In this document: one piece after another, positions 19,888 to 29,111 of the stretch
Numbering within the stretch: position 1 is the first letter of the stretch
How the letters are laid out: every line of letters begins with the position of its first letter
Assembly: GCA_947589415.1 (NCBI GenBank)
Contig: CANQBP010000005.1
Location: 38,553 to 102,552 of the forward strand
Length of the DNA stretch: 64,000 nt
Direction of reading: 5' to 3'
Source: an uncultured Clostridia bacterium
Lineage (GTDB): Bacteria > Bacillota > Clostridia > Oscillospirales > Acutalibacteraceae
Notes under the pieces: model-generated
Seen by the model: only the letters and a program-made list of their open reading frames with translations
Database searches by the model: none
What the model was told of the DNA's origin: nothing
Position numbers and translations under genes: made by a program

Positions 19888-20403
19888 TTATAAATATTTT
19901 ACCGCCATAACCGATATAAGCATACTGCTGAAATCTGCTATCAATGCGGCAGGAACGGTATATCCCGATTTTTTTATTCCGGCAGCACCGTAATATACTG
20001 CAACCGCATAAAATGTGGTTTCGGTAGAGCCTGACATTACGGAGGCTGCCCTGCCTATAAAACTGTCAGCACCGTAGGTATCGAGAATTGATGACAATAC
20101 GGCAAATGAACCGCTTCCCGAAACAGGACGTATAAGACCGAGGGGAAGTATTTCGGGAGGTATTCCAACGGCGCTGCAAACAGGCGAAAGAAAACTGCAC
20201 ACCATATCAAAAAAACCTGATGCACTTAGCATATTCACCGCTATTACAAGTCCGATGATTGAGGGTGCTATGGAGATAAGTGAGCCGATACCGTCCTTTG
20301 CCCCCTCCCTAAAGCTCTCAAAAAGATCGACTTTTTTTACCGCACCGAATACTACTGTTAATACTATAATAAACGGTACTGCATAAACTCCTATTTTATC
20401 CAT
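19888..20403 (-). CDS. spmB: Spore maturation protein B
   Basis: 171-aa polytopic membrane protein paired with spmA (8-nt overlap). Nucleoside-recognition-domain type sequence. Confidence 0.8.
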   Translation of the reverse strand: MDKIGVYAVPFIIVLTVVFGAVKKVDLFESFREGAKDGIGSLISIAPSIIGLVIAVNMLSASGFFDMVCSFLSPVCSAVGIPPEILPLGLIRPVSGSGSFAVLSSILDTYGADSFIGRAASVMSGSTETTFYAVAVYYGAAGIKKSGYTVPAALIADFSSMLISVMAVKYL

Positions 20404-20986
20404 TCCTTAACCCCCATATTTTTTCAAAAAACTTCGTGAAAAAAATTCCTATCAGTAAGGCAGCCGCCGAGGTTATCCATACATATGGCAATATCAAATA
20501 AGGGTCACTGCTCCCGGCTGCCTGTCTTAGTGCGGCAGCCGTTGCGGGGATCAGCTGTATTGATGCAGTATTTATAACAACAAACATGATCATTGATGCA
20601 TTGGGTCTGTCATGTAATCTGTTTGCACTTTGCATTTCTTTCATTGCCCTGATTCCGAACGGAGTTGCCGCATTTCCAAGACCGAGTATATTTGCGGTAA
20701 TATTTGCGCAAACTGCCTGCATTGCTTTGCTGTCTGACGTGTAGTCGGGCATCAGCTTTCCCAAAACAGGACTTAACAGTTTCGACATTCCTTTTGTTAT
20801 TCCGCTTTTTTCGGCAATACGCATTATTCCTGTCCAAAGACACATAACACCTGCCATAGATATCAAAAGGTTGACAGCCTTATCCGCACCCTCCGTTACG
20901 GCTTGTGCGAGAATATCCGTCCTGCCGTTTATTACGGAACATACGAAACTTGCTGCTATCATAAAAAGCCATATATATCCGAGCAT
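20396..20986 (-). CDS. spmA: Spore maturation protein A
   Basis: 196-aa membrane protein with an MLGYIWLFMI... start, characteristic of SpmA, directly upstream of spmB. Confidence 0.8.
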   Translation of the reverse strand: MLGYIWLFMIAASFVCSVINGRTDILAQAVTEGADKAVNLLISMAGVMCLWTGIMRIAEKSGITKGMSKLLSPVLGKLMPDYTSDSKAMQAVCANITANILGLGNAATPFGIRAMKEMQSANRLHDRPNASMIMFVVINTASIQLIPATAAALRQAAGSSDPYLILPYVWITSAAALLIGIFFTKFFEKIWGLRNG

Positions 20987-21095
20987 AAAATCACCCCGTT
21001 AAAATATATTTATAAAAACATATTCTTAAAACGATATTTATATAAATCATTTATATTTAATGTCATTATAATACTATTTTTTGCTCCTGATATTT

Positions 21096-21148
21096 TTCGA
21101 CATAAATCTTCAAAAACAGTCTTTTTATGCCTTTTTTATATTTCGACA
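21096..21148. promoter_or_regulatory. Two perfect Spo0A-box heptamers (TTCGACA = reverse complement of TGTCGAA) between spmA and abrB
   Basis: TTCGACA occurs at 21096-21102 and 21142-21148 in the same orientation, 46 bp apart, with similar flanks (ATTTTTCGACA / ATATTTCGACA). Confidence 0.35.
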
Positions 21149-21224
21149 CATTTATATCTTTTAAACAAAATAATATAATAATTCTAAAAAATACAAAAAT
21201 TTAATAATAAATTCGATTTTTCTA

Positions 21225-21254
21225 TTGACAAGGATTACCAATTTATAGTAATAT
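21225..21254 (+). promoter_or_regulatory. Sigma-A-type promoter of the abrB-like gene
   Basis: TTGACA (21225-21230), 18-nt spacer, TAATAT (21249-21254). Confidence 0.45.
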
Positions 21255-21315
21255 GGAATTGGAATAAAACGGCGTATATTAAATGCCGTATATAATTTTA
21301 ACGGGGGTGTTAATT

Positions 21316-21555
21316 ATGAAACCAATGGGAACTTTAAGACAGATTGACGGTGTGGGAAGAACCGTTATTCCTGCGGGAATAAGAAAGGCTCTTGATTTAT
21401 CTGCGGGCTCGCTTGTGGAATTTTATATGGAGGGCGACAGTATTATAGTCAAAAAATTTCCTCCTACCTGTACTTTTTGTAACTCAAACGAAGATTTGAT
21501 TTTCTTTAAAGACCATATGATTTGTAAATCATGCGTGGAGCAGTTAAAAAAGTAG
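21316..21555 (+). CDS. abrB: AbrB-family transition-state regulator with a C-terminal CxxC...CxxC motif
   Basis: MKPMGTLRQIDGVGRTVIPAGIRKALDL..GSLVEFYMEGDSIIVKKF is a swapped-hairpin (SpoVT/AbrB) domain. The C-terminus reads CTFC-x14-CKSC. An SD (GGGGGTG) sits before the ATG at 21316. Confidence 0.75.
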   Translation: MKPMGTLRQIDGVGRTVIPAGIRKALDLSAGSLVEFYMEGDSIIVKKFPPTCTFCNSNEDLIFFKDHMICKSCVEQLKK

Positions 21556-21715
21556 GTATCGAAGTTCAGCAGGCAGATATATTTTGTCTATTATCTTAGC
21601 CTGAACACAACACATAAGAAGCGGGATATTTCCGTAAAACGAATTTATGAATTTTGTTACCCCGCTTTGTTCTTGCATTGACTTAAGTACGAATATGACA
21701 AATGTACGCATAAAA

Positions 21716-21744
21716 TAGGGGGATATCGCTCCCCCTATTTTTAT
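21716..21744 (+). terminator. Intrinsic-terminator-like hairpin 14 nt upstream of the yitJ-like start codon
   Basis: TAGGGGGA (21716-21723) / TCCCCCTA (21730-21737) with a 6-nt loop, extendable through the flanking A- and T-tracts. It is followed by TTTTTAT, then AGGAG and the ATG at 21758. Confidence 0.5.
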
Positions 21745-21757
21745 AGGAGAAATTTTT

Positions 21758-23542
21758 ATGACCTTAAAGGAATTATTTAAAAACAATAAAACCGTCCCCG
21801 CTGACGGTGCAATGGGAACATATTTTTCGGAGCTTACAAATAAAAGTGCCGAGCTATGTGAAAAATATAATGTTATTGATCCTAATATTATAAAACGCAT
21901 ACATAGGGAATATATTGAAGCAGGAGCATTACTGATTAGAACAAATACATTCTCGGCAAACAGCTTTATACTGAATACGGATCATGACGAACTCGAAAAA
22001 ATAATACGCAACGGATACAGACTGGCAGCCGATGCCGCAGGAAATAAGGCGGCAGTATGCGCCGATGTAAGCGCAATATATGAAAATAACAATGCCGAAT
22101 GTGATATTTTATCCGAATACAGGTTCATTATTGACTGCTTCATTTCCGAGGGGGCAAAAACATTTATTTTTGAAACCTTGAGTGAGCTTTACGCCGTACT
22201 GCCGGCAGTTGATTATATTCTTGAAAAACTGCCTGAGGCTGAGATTATATTATCGTTTACGCTCCTCCCTGACGGCTGCACACGCTCCGGAATATCGGCT
22301 GACAGACTGCTCGAAGGTATAATAGAGAACAAGAACAAACTGACGGCCGTAGGAATAAACTGCGGCAGCGGTACTGCACAAATATATGAAACTGCACTAC
22401 GTTTTTTTTCATATATAAAACAACATTCCGACCTGTACCTTACCGTTATGCCTAATGCGGGATATCCGTCAATAGTCAACGGACGCACCGTATTTAACAA
22501 TGCACCGTATTATTTTGCACAACAGGCTGCAAGATTTATACCGCACGAAATTTCCGCAATAGGCGGCTGCTGCGGTACCAATCCCGAATATATCCGCCTG
22601 CTTTCGGAATATATAAAGGGAGGTACAAATGTACAGCCTAAAACGGTTTCCTATACTTATAACTTTAAAAAGAAAAAATCCGACTTTACCTCTAAATTGA
22701 CGAAAAACGAATTTGTGATTGCCACTGAACTTGATCCGCCCGGAGGCTGCGATTTCAATAAAATGCTTTGTGCGGCAAAAATTTTGAAAGATAGCGGAGT
22801 AGATATAATTACGGTATCGGATTCACCTCTCGGTCATGCGAAAGCTGATTCCGTTATATGTTCGGCAAGGATAAAGCGTGATATTTCCATAGAGGTACTT
22901 CCACATATCTGCTGCCGTGACAAAAATATAAATGCTCTGCGGTCAATTCTTTTCGGTGCATACAGCGAAGGCATAAATGCCGTTCTTGCCGTGACAGGAG
23001 ATCATATAGCCGAAACGGACAGAGGCATTATAAAACCCGTATTCAATCTTGATTCAACAAAGCTGATGTCGCTTATATCGGAAATGAACAGAGATATTTT
23101 TTCCGAATTTCCGATAGCCATTGGCGGAGCATTCGACCCCGCAGCACCAAAACCGGAATTTGCCCTAAAACGTCTTGAGAAAAAAATATCATGCGGAGCT
23201 AAATTTATTCTTACGCAGCCCGTCTTTACGGATAGTGCAATAGAGTGTTTGAAAGAAGCCCGCAAAAGAAATATAAAAATACTTGCGGGCATAATGCCTA
23301 TGGTAAGTTACAGAAATGCAAACTATATGAAAAATGAAGTTCCCGGAATTGTAATCCCGAACGATTTTGTAGACAGATTTTCTCCCGACATGACCCGTGA
23401 GGAGGGCGAAGAAATCGGTATAGATATTTCAGTTGAAATAATTGAAAAACTGAAAGGCTTTGTGGACGGCATCTATTTCATAACTCCGTTTAACAGAGCT
23501 GATGTAATAAGAAGAGTAATTGCAAAGTCAAAGCTGAAATAA
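21758..23542 (+). CDS. yitJ: Bifunctional homocysteine S-methyltransferase / 5,10-methylenetetrahydrofolate reductase (YitJ-type)
   Basis: The N-terminal Hcy-binding domain has the Zn-ligand Cys motifs GINCGSG and GGCCGTNPEYI. The C-terminal half is MTHFR-like. 594 aa. Confidence 0.85.
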   Translation: MTLKELFKNNKTVPADGAMGTYFSELTNKSAELCEKYNVIDPNIIKRIHREYIEAGALLIRTNTFSANSFILNTDHDELEKIIRNGYRLAADAAGNKAAVCADVSAIYENNNAECDILSEYRFIIDCFISEGAKTFIFETLSELYAVLPAVDYILEKLPEAEIILSFTLLPDGCTRSGISADRLLEGIIENKNKLTAVGINCGSGTAQIYETALRFFSYIKQHSDLYLTVMPNAGYPSIVNGRTVFNNAPYYFAQQAARFIPHEISAIGGCCGTNPEYIRLLSEYIKGGTNVQPKTVSYTYNFKKKKSDFTSKLTKNEFVIATELDPPGGCDFNKMLCAAKILKDSGVDIITVSDSPLGHAKADSVICSARIKRDISIEVLPHICCRDKNINALRSILFGAYSEGINAVLAVTGDHIAETDRGIIKPVFNLDSTKLMSLISEMNRDIFSEFPIAIGGAFDPAAPKPEFALKRLEKKISCGAKFILTQPVFTDSAIECLKEARKRNIKILAGIMPMVSYRNANYMKNEVPGIVIPNDFVDRFSPDMTREEGEEIGIDISVEIIEKLKGFVDGIYFITPFNRADVIRRVIAKSKLK

Positions 23543-23579
23543 TGATTTTCGCTTATAACCGTATATTCTCTCCTAAAAA

Positions 23580-23614
23580 GCGGACTCCCCCGATTTTTAA
23601 TCAGGGAAGTCCGC
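23580..23614. terminator. Hairpin between convergent yitJ and htrA
   Basis: GCGGACTCCCC (23580-23590) / GGGAAGTCCGC (23604-23614), 10 of 11 bp paired, with an A-run before and TGCTTTAT after. Confidence 0.5.
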
Positions 23615-23705
23615 TGCTTTATATAAGTTTATGTTTTATAAGTAATCAAAATCAGACATCAGCTTTACATTGGCGGTTATATTTGTTTTCTTGAATACTT
23701 CCGGT

Positions 23706-25025
23706 TCATCTGTCCGGCAAGAACATGGTATTTACATCAAAGCTGTATGACTTTTCTCCCGCCCTGTAAAGAGTAATTTTAACAAGGTCACCGGGCTTAT
23801 ATTTTTTCATCTCATCTACAAGCTCAACTGTTGATTTAATTGTAACATCATTTATTGCCGTAATTATATCATTTACTTCCGCTTCGGTATTTTCAAGCGG
23901 GCTGTCGGTAAGTATTTTTGTTATAACAGCACCTTGCGGTACGCAGTTCTCTTTCGACATATACGGCGTACAGTCCTTTACTTGAACGGAGAGTGTGCAT
24001 CTGTCGGTTATTTTGCCGTGTTCAATAAGCTGATTGACTATCTCAATAATAGTATTGCTTGGAATTGCAAAAGCTATGTTATCATATCCGGCAGACATTA
24101 TCTTAGATGTATTCATACCGATGACCCTGCCGTATTCGTCAACAAGAGCCCCGCCGGAATTTCCGGGATTTACTGCCGCATCTGTCTGTATATATTTTAC
24201 ATATTTGTTTCCGATCACTCTCCCTACTGCCGAAAGTGTACCTTCGGTTAGGGAATTAAAAAATTCAATACCGAGCGGAGTACCTATGGCAAATACGGAT
24301 TGTCCGACAGAAAGCTCATCGGAATTTTCAAACTCTGCCGCTTTAAGTCCCTCGGCATCTATTTTTATCACGGCAAGATCTGTCTTTTTATCATAGCCTA
24401 CTATCGTTCCGAAATACTTGCTTTCATCCGAAAGGGTTACTAAAACTCCCGTTTTTGAGGAATCATCGACAACATGACTGTTTGTAGCAATATAGCCGTC
24501 CTTTGTAAGTATTATTCCGGAGCCGCCGCCTGTTGAGTCAAGTATATAATCCTTCCCCGCTTCAAACGTATCTATACACACAACCGACGGAGAAACCTTG
24601 CTATACACCTCCGAGGTACTGAGGGTACTGTCATTTGCGGTATCTTTATTGTCAACGGCAGATATCTTAGGACAGTTTTCATCGAAAAATAATTTCGGAG
24701 CATCGGTAATATCCTCGCTGAAAATATACTTTCCCTCCGCTTTTCCGCCTGTCGGAACATGATAATCAATATTTCCCGTTCCGCCTGTACAGACAAATAT
24801 AAGCGCAGCCGCCAAAATAATAATGGCTGCGCCCGATAAACATATTCTGAAGGTTTTTCTTTTAACATCAGGTGTAACGGACATATGCGGAGGTTGTCCG
24901 AAAACACCGTACCCCGACGGAAAATTCACCATCGGATTTTGTTGTGTACCGTTCATACCGCCGTTAAAATCCCCGTTCGGGAAATTATCTCCGCCGCTGC
25001 GAAACTGATTGTTCATTAACATCAC
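23706..25025 (-). CDS. htrA: Membrane-anchored HtrA/DegP-family serine protease with a PDZ domain
   Basis: Catalytic blocks TNSHVV (His), DLAVIKI (Asp) and GNSGGALV (Ser). It has one N-terminal TM helix and a C-terminal PDZ domain. Confidence 0.9.
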   Translation of the reverse strand: MMLMNNQFRSGGDNFPNGDFNGGMNGTQQNPMVNFPSGYGVFGQPPHMSVTPDVKRKTFRICLSGAAIIILAAALIFVCTGGTGNIDYHVPTGGKAEGKYIFSEDITDAPKLFFDENCPKISAVDNKDTANDSTLSTSEVYSKVSPSVVCIDTFEAGKDYILDSTGGGSGIILTKDGYIATNSHVVDDSSKTGVLVTLSDESKYFGTIVGYDKKTDLAVIKIDAEGLKAAEFENSDELSVGQSVFAIGTPLGIEFFNSLTEGTLSAVGRVIGNKYVKYIQTDAAVNPGNSGGALVDEYGRVIGMNTSKIMSAGYDNIAFAIPSNTIIEIVNQLIEHGKITDRCTLSVQVKDCTPYMSKENCVPQGAVITKILTDSPLENTEAEVNDIITAINDVTIKSTVELVDEMKKYKPGDLVKITLYRAGEKSYSFDVNTMFLPDR

Positions 25026-25052
25026 TCCTAATTATCCTTAATGAAAGCACTA

Positions 25053-26585
25053 TCACAAAAGCGAATTTTTCTTATCCTGTTTTTTGGGAATAGAAAACCC
25101 AAAAATCGTATATTCCCCATATACGCTGTCTGCCTTTATTTCTCCTCCGTGCAGATGTATAATGCTCTTAACAAGATACAGACCGAGTCCGAGTCCCTTC
25201 TTGTCCATACTTCGGGATTTGTCTGTTTTATAAAATCTGTCAAACACAAGCGAAAGCTCTTCCTTTTTTATACCCTGACCGCTGTTCTTTATTGTAAACA
25301 GCGTCTGATTGGAATTTTCCGTTATATTAAATTCTATGTATCCGCCTTCGTTTGTAAACTTTACAGCATTTTCAATCAGATTATAAACCGCTTGGTGGAT
25401 AAGGTCTTTATCGCCGTAAATAAACTTCGGACTTATGCTGTCAAGCCCTCTGACCTCAATATTCCTTTTGTCAAGCTCCTGTTCATATGTAATCACAATA
25501 GTGACAAGCGTTGTGAGAAGATCAAAACGGTTATAATTTATCTTCAGCTCTCCGTTGTCAATTCTCGAAAGATTAAGCATAGAATGGACAAGCCTTGATA
25601 AACGCTTTATTTCGTCAGAAACGATACGCAGATAATAATTGTGCTTCTCCGGGGCAATAGTACCGTCAAGAATACCGTCTATAAATCCTGCAATCGTTGT
25701 CATAGGCGTTTTCAGTTCATGTGACACATTAGCTATAAAACTTTTTCTTATTGTTTCCGATGATGCAAGAGAATCCGCCATATTGTTAAAAGCAACGGCA
25801 AGCTCACCCATTTCGTCATTTGTAGTTACATTTACCCTAACCGTAAAATCCCCCTTTCCGAACTGTTTGGCAGCCCTAGCCATTTGTTTAAGAGGTTTTA
25901 CCATATTATAGGAAAAAATACTTATGGCAAGAATTGAAAGTGCAAGTGACGCAACCGCTGAAAGAATGAATATCCTTAATATCATATCGGTAAAACCGGT
26001 TATATCTTTACCGGATACCGTTACTATAATAACCCCGATAGTCCCTTCCACCATTCCTCTTTTATAATTAAGAGGACGTGCAACTATAAATCTGTCGGAT
26101 TTATAAATACCGCCAAGATTTCCTGTTTTTGAATATGTCCCGAATGTAAGTGTTTCTCTCACAACATCAGGCATGGATATATTGTTGTTATAGAATATTC
26201 TTTCGTTTGATTGGGTAATGAAAACATCTCCGTTTGTTTTTGCCACAAAAATATCGGTATCCGTATCCCTTGCGAACAATTCAAGCGTATTTTGTATAAT
26301 ATTCATATCCTCACTATCAATAAAATACGTTGAGCTGCTGCTCGTAGGCGAATTACTCAATATTTTTTCAACAAGAAAATTTCCGACGCTGTCCGCCCTC
26401 TTTTCAAGAGTAGTTATTTTTTCGTTTGTCCAATAATTTGTTATAACAACGGTAAGTATGGTTCCAAGCACCAGAAAGCTGAAAAAAACTATTACAAGAC
26501 TTATGCTCATGTATTTTAAAAAAAGCGACTGTTTATTATACACCCTTACAAACTTAAATCTGAAAAAATTATTCCTTAACTTCAA
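25053..26585 (-). CDS. Sensor histidine kinase (2 TM, HAMP, HisKA, HATPase)
   Basis: H-box SHELKTPMT, N-box NLIENAVKFT, G-box GLGLGLYLVKSI. The start is uncertain: a TTG at 26585 overlaps the response-regulator stop by 17 nt. Confidence 0.9.
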   Translation of the reverse strand: MKLRNNFFRFKFVRVYNKQSLFLKYMSISLVIVFFSFLVLGTILTVVITNYWTNEKITTLEKRADSVGNFLVEKILSNSPTSSSSTYFIDSEDMNIIQNTLELFARDTDTDIFVAKTNGDVFITQSNERIFYNNNISMPDVVRETLTFGTYSKTGNLGGIYKSDRFIVARPLNYKRGMVEGTIGVIIVTVSGKDITGFTDMILRIFILSAVASLALSILAISIFSYNMVKPLKQMARAAKQFGKGDFTVRVNVTTNDEMGELAVAFNNMADSLASSETIRKSFIANVSHELKTPMTTIAGFIDGILDGTIAPEKHNYYLRIVSDEIKRLSRLVHSMLNLSRIDNGELKINYNRFDLLTTLVTIVITYEQELDKRNIEVRGLDSISPKFIYGDKDLIHQAVYNLIENAVKFTNEGGYIEFNITENSNQTLFTIKNSGQGIKKEELSLVFDRFYKTDKSRSMDKKGLGLGLYLVKSIIHLHGGEIKADSVYGEYTIFGFSIPKKQDKKNSLL

Positions 26586-27273
26586 ATTTATAACCTACTC
26601 CCCATACAGTCTTGAGAGTCCACTTATCCGAAACACCTTCGAGCTTTTCACGAAGGCGTTTTACATGAACATCAACTGTCCTCGAATCACCGTAATAATC
26701 AAATCCCCATACCTCGTCAAGAAGCTGATCTCTTGTAAAAACCCTGTTCGGATTGCTTGCAAGGTGATAAATAAGTTCCATTTCCTTTGGCGGAGTATCT
26801 ACCTGTTCATTATTGACACGCAATTCATAATTTGTCAAATTTATTACGAGTTTGTCATAACATACTTCCTTTTCCGATGTCTGCTCCTCTACCGGCGGGT
26901 GTTGGTCATTTACTCTCCTGAGAACCGCTTTTATTCGTGCAACGATTTCCTTTGTTTCAAACGGTTTAACAACATAGTCGTCAGCACCAAGCTCAAGTCC
27001 CAATACCTTGTCAAAAACCTCTCCCTTTGCCGTCAGCATAATTATAGGGCATTGTGAAGTTTTTCTTATTTCCCTGCAAACCTGCCAACCGTCAAGCACG
27101 GGCAGCATTATATCAAGCATAACAAGATCCGGTTTCTCTGTCTTAAATTTTGTAACAGCCTGACCGCCGTCATTCGCTATGACCACATCATAACCTTCCT
27201 TTTCAATATAAAGCCTAAGCAATTCACATATATTTATATCATCATCAACCACAAGAATTTTGCCCATACTCAT
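26569..27273 (-). CDS. OmpR-family response regulator (WalR/CssR-like)
   Basis: Receiver LVVDDD...LVMLDIMLPVLDG...LTAKG, and a winged-helix output domain RTVDVHVKRLREKL. Confidence 0.93.
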   Translation of the reverse strand: MSMGKILVVDDDINICELLRLYIEKEGYDVVIANDGGQAVTKFKTEKPDLVMLDIMLPVLDGWQVCREIRKTSQCPIIMLTAKGEVFDKVLGLELGADDYVVKPFETKEIVARIKAVLRRVNDQHPPVEEQTSEKEVCYDKLVINLTNYELRVNNEQVDTPPKEMELIYHLASNPNRVFTRDQLLDEVWGFDYYGDSRTVDVHVKRLREKLEGVSDKWTLKTVWGVGYKFEVKE

Positions 27274-27324
27274 GATTATTCCCCCTCAAATTTTTATCGT
27301 ATCCGTAAATACGGAATTTACAAT

Positions 27325-27353
27325 ATTATAACCCAAATCATTACTTCCGTCAA
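27325..27353 (-). promoter_or_regulatory. Sigma-A-type promoter of the RR-HK-htrA unit
   Basis: The minus strand reads TTGACG (27353-27348), a 17-nt spacer, then TATAAT (27330-27325). Confidence 0.55.
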
Positions 27354-27361
27354 TTACCGAA

Positions 27362-28180
27362 TTATTTTATGTCCTTTTTTTTGAATATAATATAACCTGC
27401 AATACTCGTTGCAGCAATATAGAATACTGCAATCAATACGGGTATATATGCCTGTTTATCAACTACGGAGCTTTGTACATATGCCAAAGAGTCAACGAGC
27501 ATATATTTTGATAAATAACCTATGTCCTTATTTATCATGGAAGCCGTGTTCATTAGTGCCGAAATAAGCATAGGCACAACCAAAGCGGCTGCAACAGTAA
27601 AACCCGATTTCCCGAAAATAACGGAAAGCATAACATAAAATCCCGCAAGTGCTGCAAACAGCAAAATATACAAAACAATACATATAACCATATCCGATAA
27701 CGATAATTCGGGAGTTTCGCTGACAAACGTAAGCGCAGTAATTCCGCCCGTCAAAATATATGACAAGGCTATTGCCAACACTGCGGTAAATGCGGAAACA
27801 TACTTTGAAAAATAAATCTGATGTCTTTTAAATCCTCTTGAAACGGTATTTTTCAGAGTTCCCGTATCATATTCGGAAGCGGCAAAAACACATACACATA
27901 CAGACGAAAGTATCCATATCATAGAATCGCTCATGAATACATTGATATATGACCATAAATTATTTTTCGGTATCATTTTAAGTGCTTCGTCCAACACGTC
28001 CGTATTCATTCCGTAGGTTTGCATGGCTGCGTATGTCATTGATATTGTTTTGTTTTCGTCCCAAAAAAATCTATACAGGAGTGCAAAAACCACACCGAGT
28101 ACTGCCGCTAATACTACACATAAAATAAAACTTTTGCTTTTCACAAGCCTTGTCAATTCCGCACGTATAAGTCCCGCCAT
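27362..28180 (-). CDS. ABC-2 type transporter permease
   Basis: 272 aa with about 6 predicted TM helices, immediately downstream of the ATPase. Confidence 0.75.
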   Translation of the reverse strand: MAGLIRAELTRLVKSKSFILCVVLAAVLGVVFALLYRFFWDENKTISMTYAAMQTYGMNTDVLDEALKMIPKNNLWSYINVFMSDSMIWILSSVCVCVFAASEYDTGTLKNTVSRGFKRHQIYFSKYVSAFTAVLAIALSYILTGGITALTFVSETPELSLSDMVICIVLYILLFAALAGFYVMLSVIFGKSGFTVAAALVVPMLISALMNTASMINKDIGYLSKYMLVDSLAYVQSSVVDKQAYIPVLIAVFYIAATSIAGYIIFKKKDIK

Positions 28181-28182
28181 AA

Positions 28183-29082
28183 TCAGCCCTCCTCCATTTT
28201 TTTGATAAAGTAGCTTTCAACACCGTTATCCGAAGTTGAAATACCCGAAACCGTTATCCCGTTTTCAAACAGTTCATTTGTAAGCATACCGATATTTTCG
28301 ACAGTGTCCCATATTACAATACTTCCGTCGGCTTTTGCTTCCGTATTCACTATCCCTAAATTATCCTTTATGATTTTTAAAGACTTCTCCGAATTATTTG
28401 TTTTTAAAACAGTACTTCCCCTGCACTTTTTTTCAAGTTCCTCTGCCGTTATCTCTTCAACCAGTTTTCCTCTTGAAATTATACCGTAACTTGTAGCAAT
28501 TTTTTCAAGCTCACCAAGTATATGACTCGATATAAATACGGTTTTGCCAAAATCATTTTTCAGTTTTAGCAGTAATTCTCTTACTTCGACTATCCCTGTC
28601 GGGTCAAGCCCGTTTATAGGCTCGTCAAGAATAATAAATTCGGGATCACCCACAAGTGCCAATGCTATTCCAAGCCTTTGTTTCATGCCCAGTGAGAAAT
28701 CTCTTACTTTTTTCCTGCCCGTATCCGAAAGTCCGACAACTCTCAATATATCTTCCGATTTGCTTTTGTCTGCCCCTATTATTGTACTAAGCAGGCAAAT
28801 ATTTTCAAGTGCGGTCATATTTGAATACAGGGCAGGACTTTCTATAAGACTTCCGATACGACGCCTTGCCTTGAATATATCCTTTTCCGAGAGCAATTCA
28901 AAGCTGCCCGATGCGGGAGCCGTAAGACCGAGTATCATACGGATAAATGTTGTTTTTCCCGCTCCGTTTTTTCCGACAAAACCGTATATATCGCCTCTTT
29001 TAACGTTCAGTGTGACCTCATCTACAACTTTCCTGCCGGCATATTCCTTTGTAAGTCTATCGGTTTTCAGTACATATTCCAT
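28183..29082 (-). CDS. ABC transporter ATP-binding protein (BcrA/lantibiotic-immunity type)
   Basis: Walker A GKNGAGKTT, signature FSLGMKQRLG, Walker B FIILDEP. The start at MEYVLK (29082) has GGGGG 8 nt upstream. Confidence 0.9.
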   Translation of the reverse strand: MEYVLKTDRLTKEYAGRKVVDEVTLNVKRGDIYGFVGKNGAGKTTFIRMILGLTAPASGSFELLSEKDIFKARRRIGSLIESPALYSNMTALENICLLSTIIGADKSKSEDILRVVGLSDTGRKKVRDFSLGMKQRLGIALALVGDPEFIILDEPINGLDPTGIVEVRELLLKLKNDFGKTVFISSHILGELEKIATSYGIISRGKLVEEITAEELEKKCRGSTVLKTNNSEKSLKIIKDNLGIVNTEAKADGSIVIWDTVENIGMLTNELFENGITVSGISTSDNGVESYFIKKMEEG

Positions 29083-29111
29083 ACACTTAACCCCCTTAAC
29101 TGTAAGCAAAT

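Noticed and set aside
21316-21757. The AbrB/MazE-fold gene could have been the antitoxin of a toxin-antitoxin pair.
   Set aside because: No toxin-sized ORF follows; the next gene is yitJ, after a 200-nt leader. The sequence aligns better with AbrB transition-state regulators.
21544-21900. 118-aa minus-strand ORF spanning the yitJ leader and start.
   Set aside because: It overlaps the well-supported yitJ start and a terminator hairpin. It has no SD and its sequence is hydrophobic nonsense.
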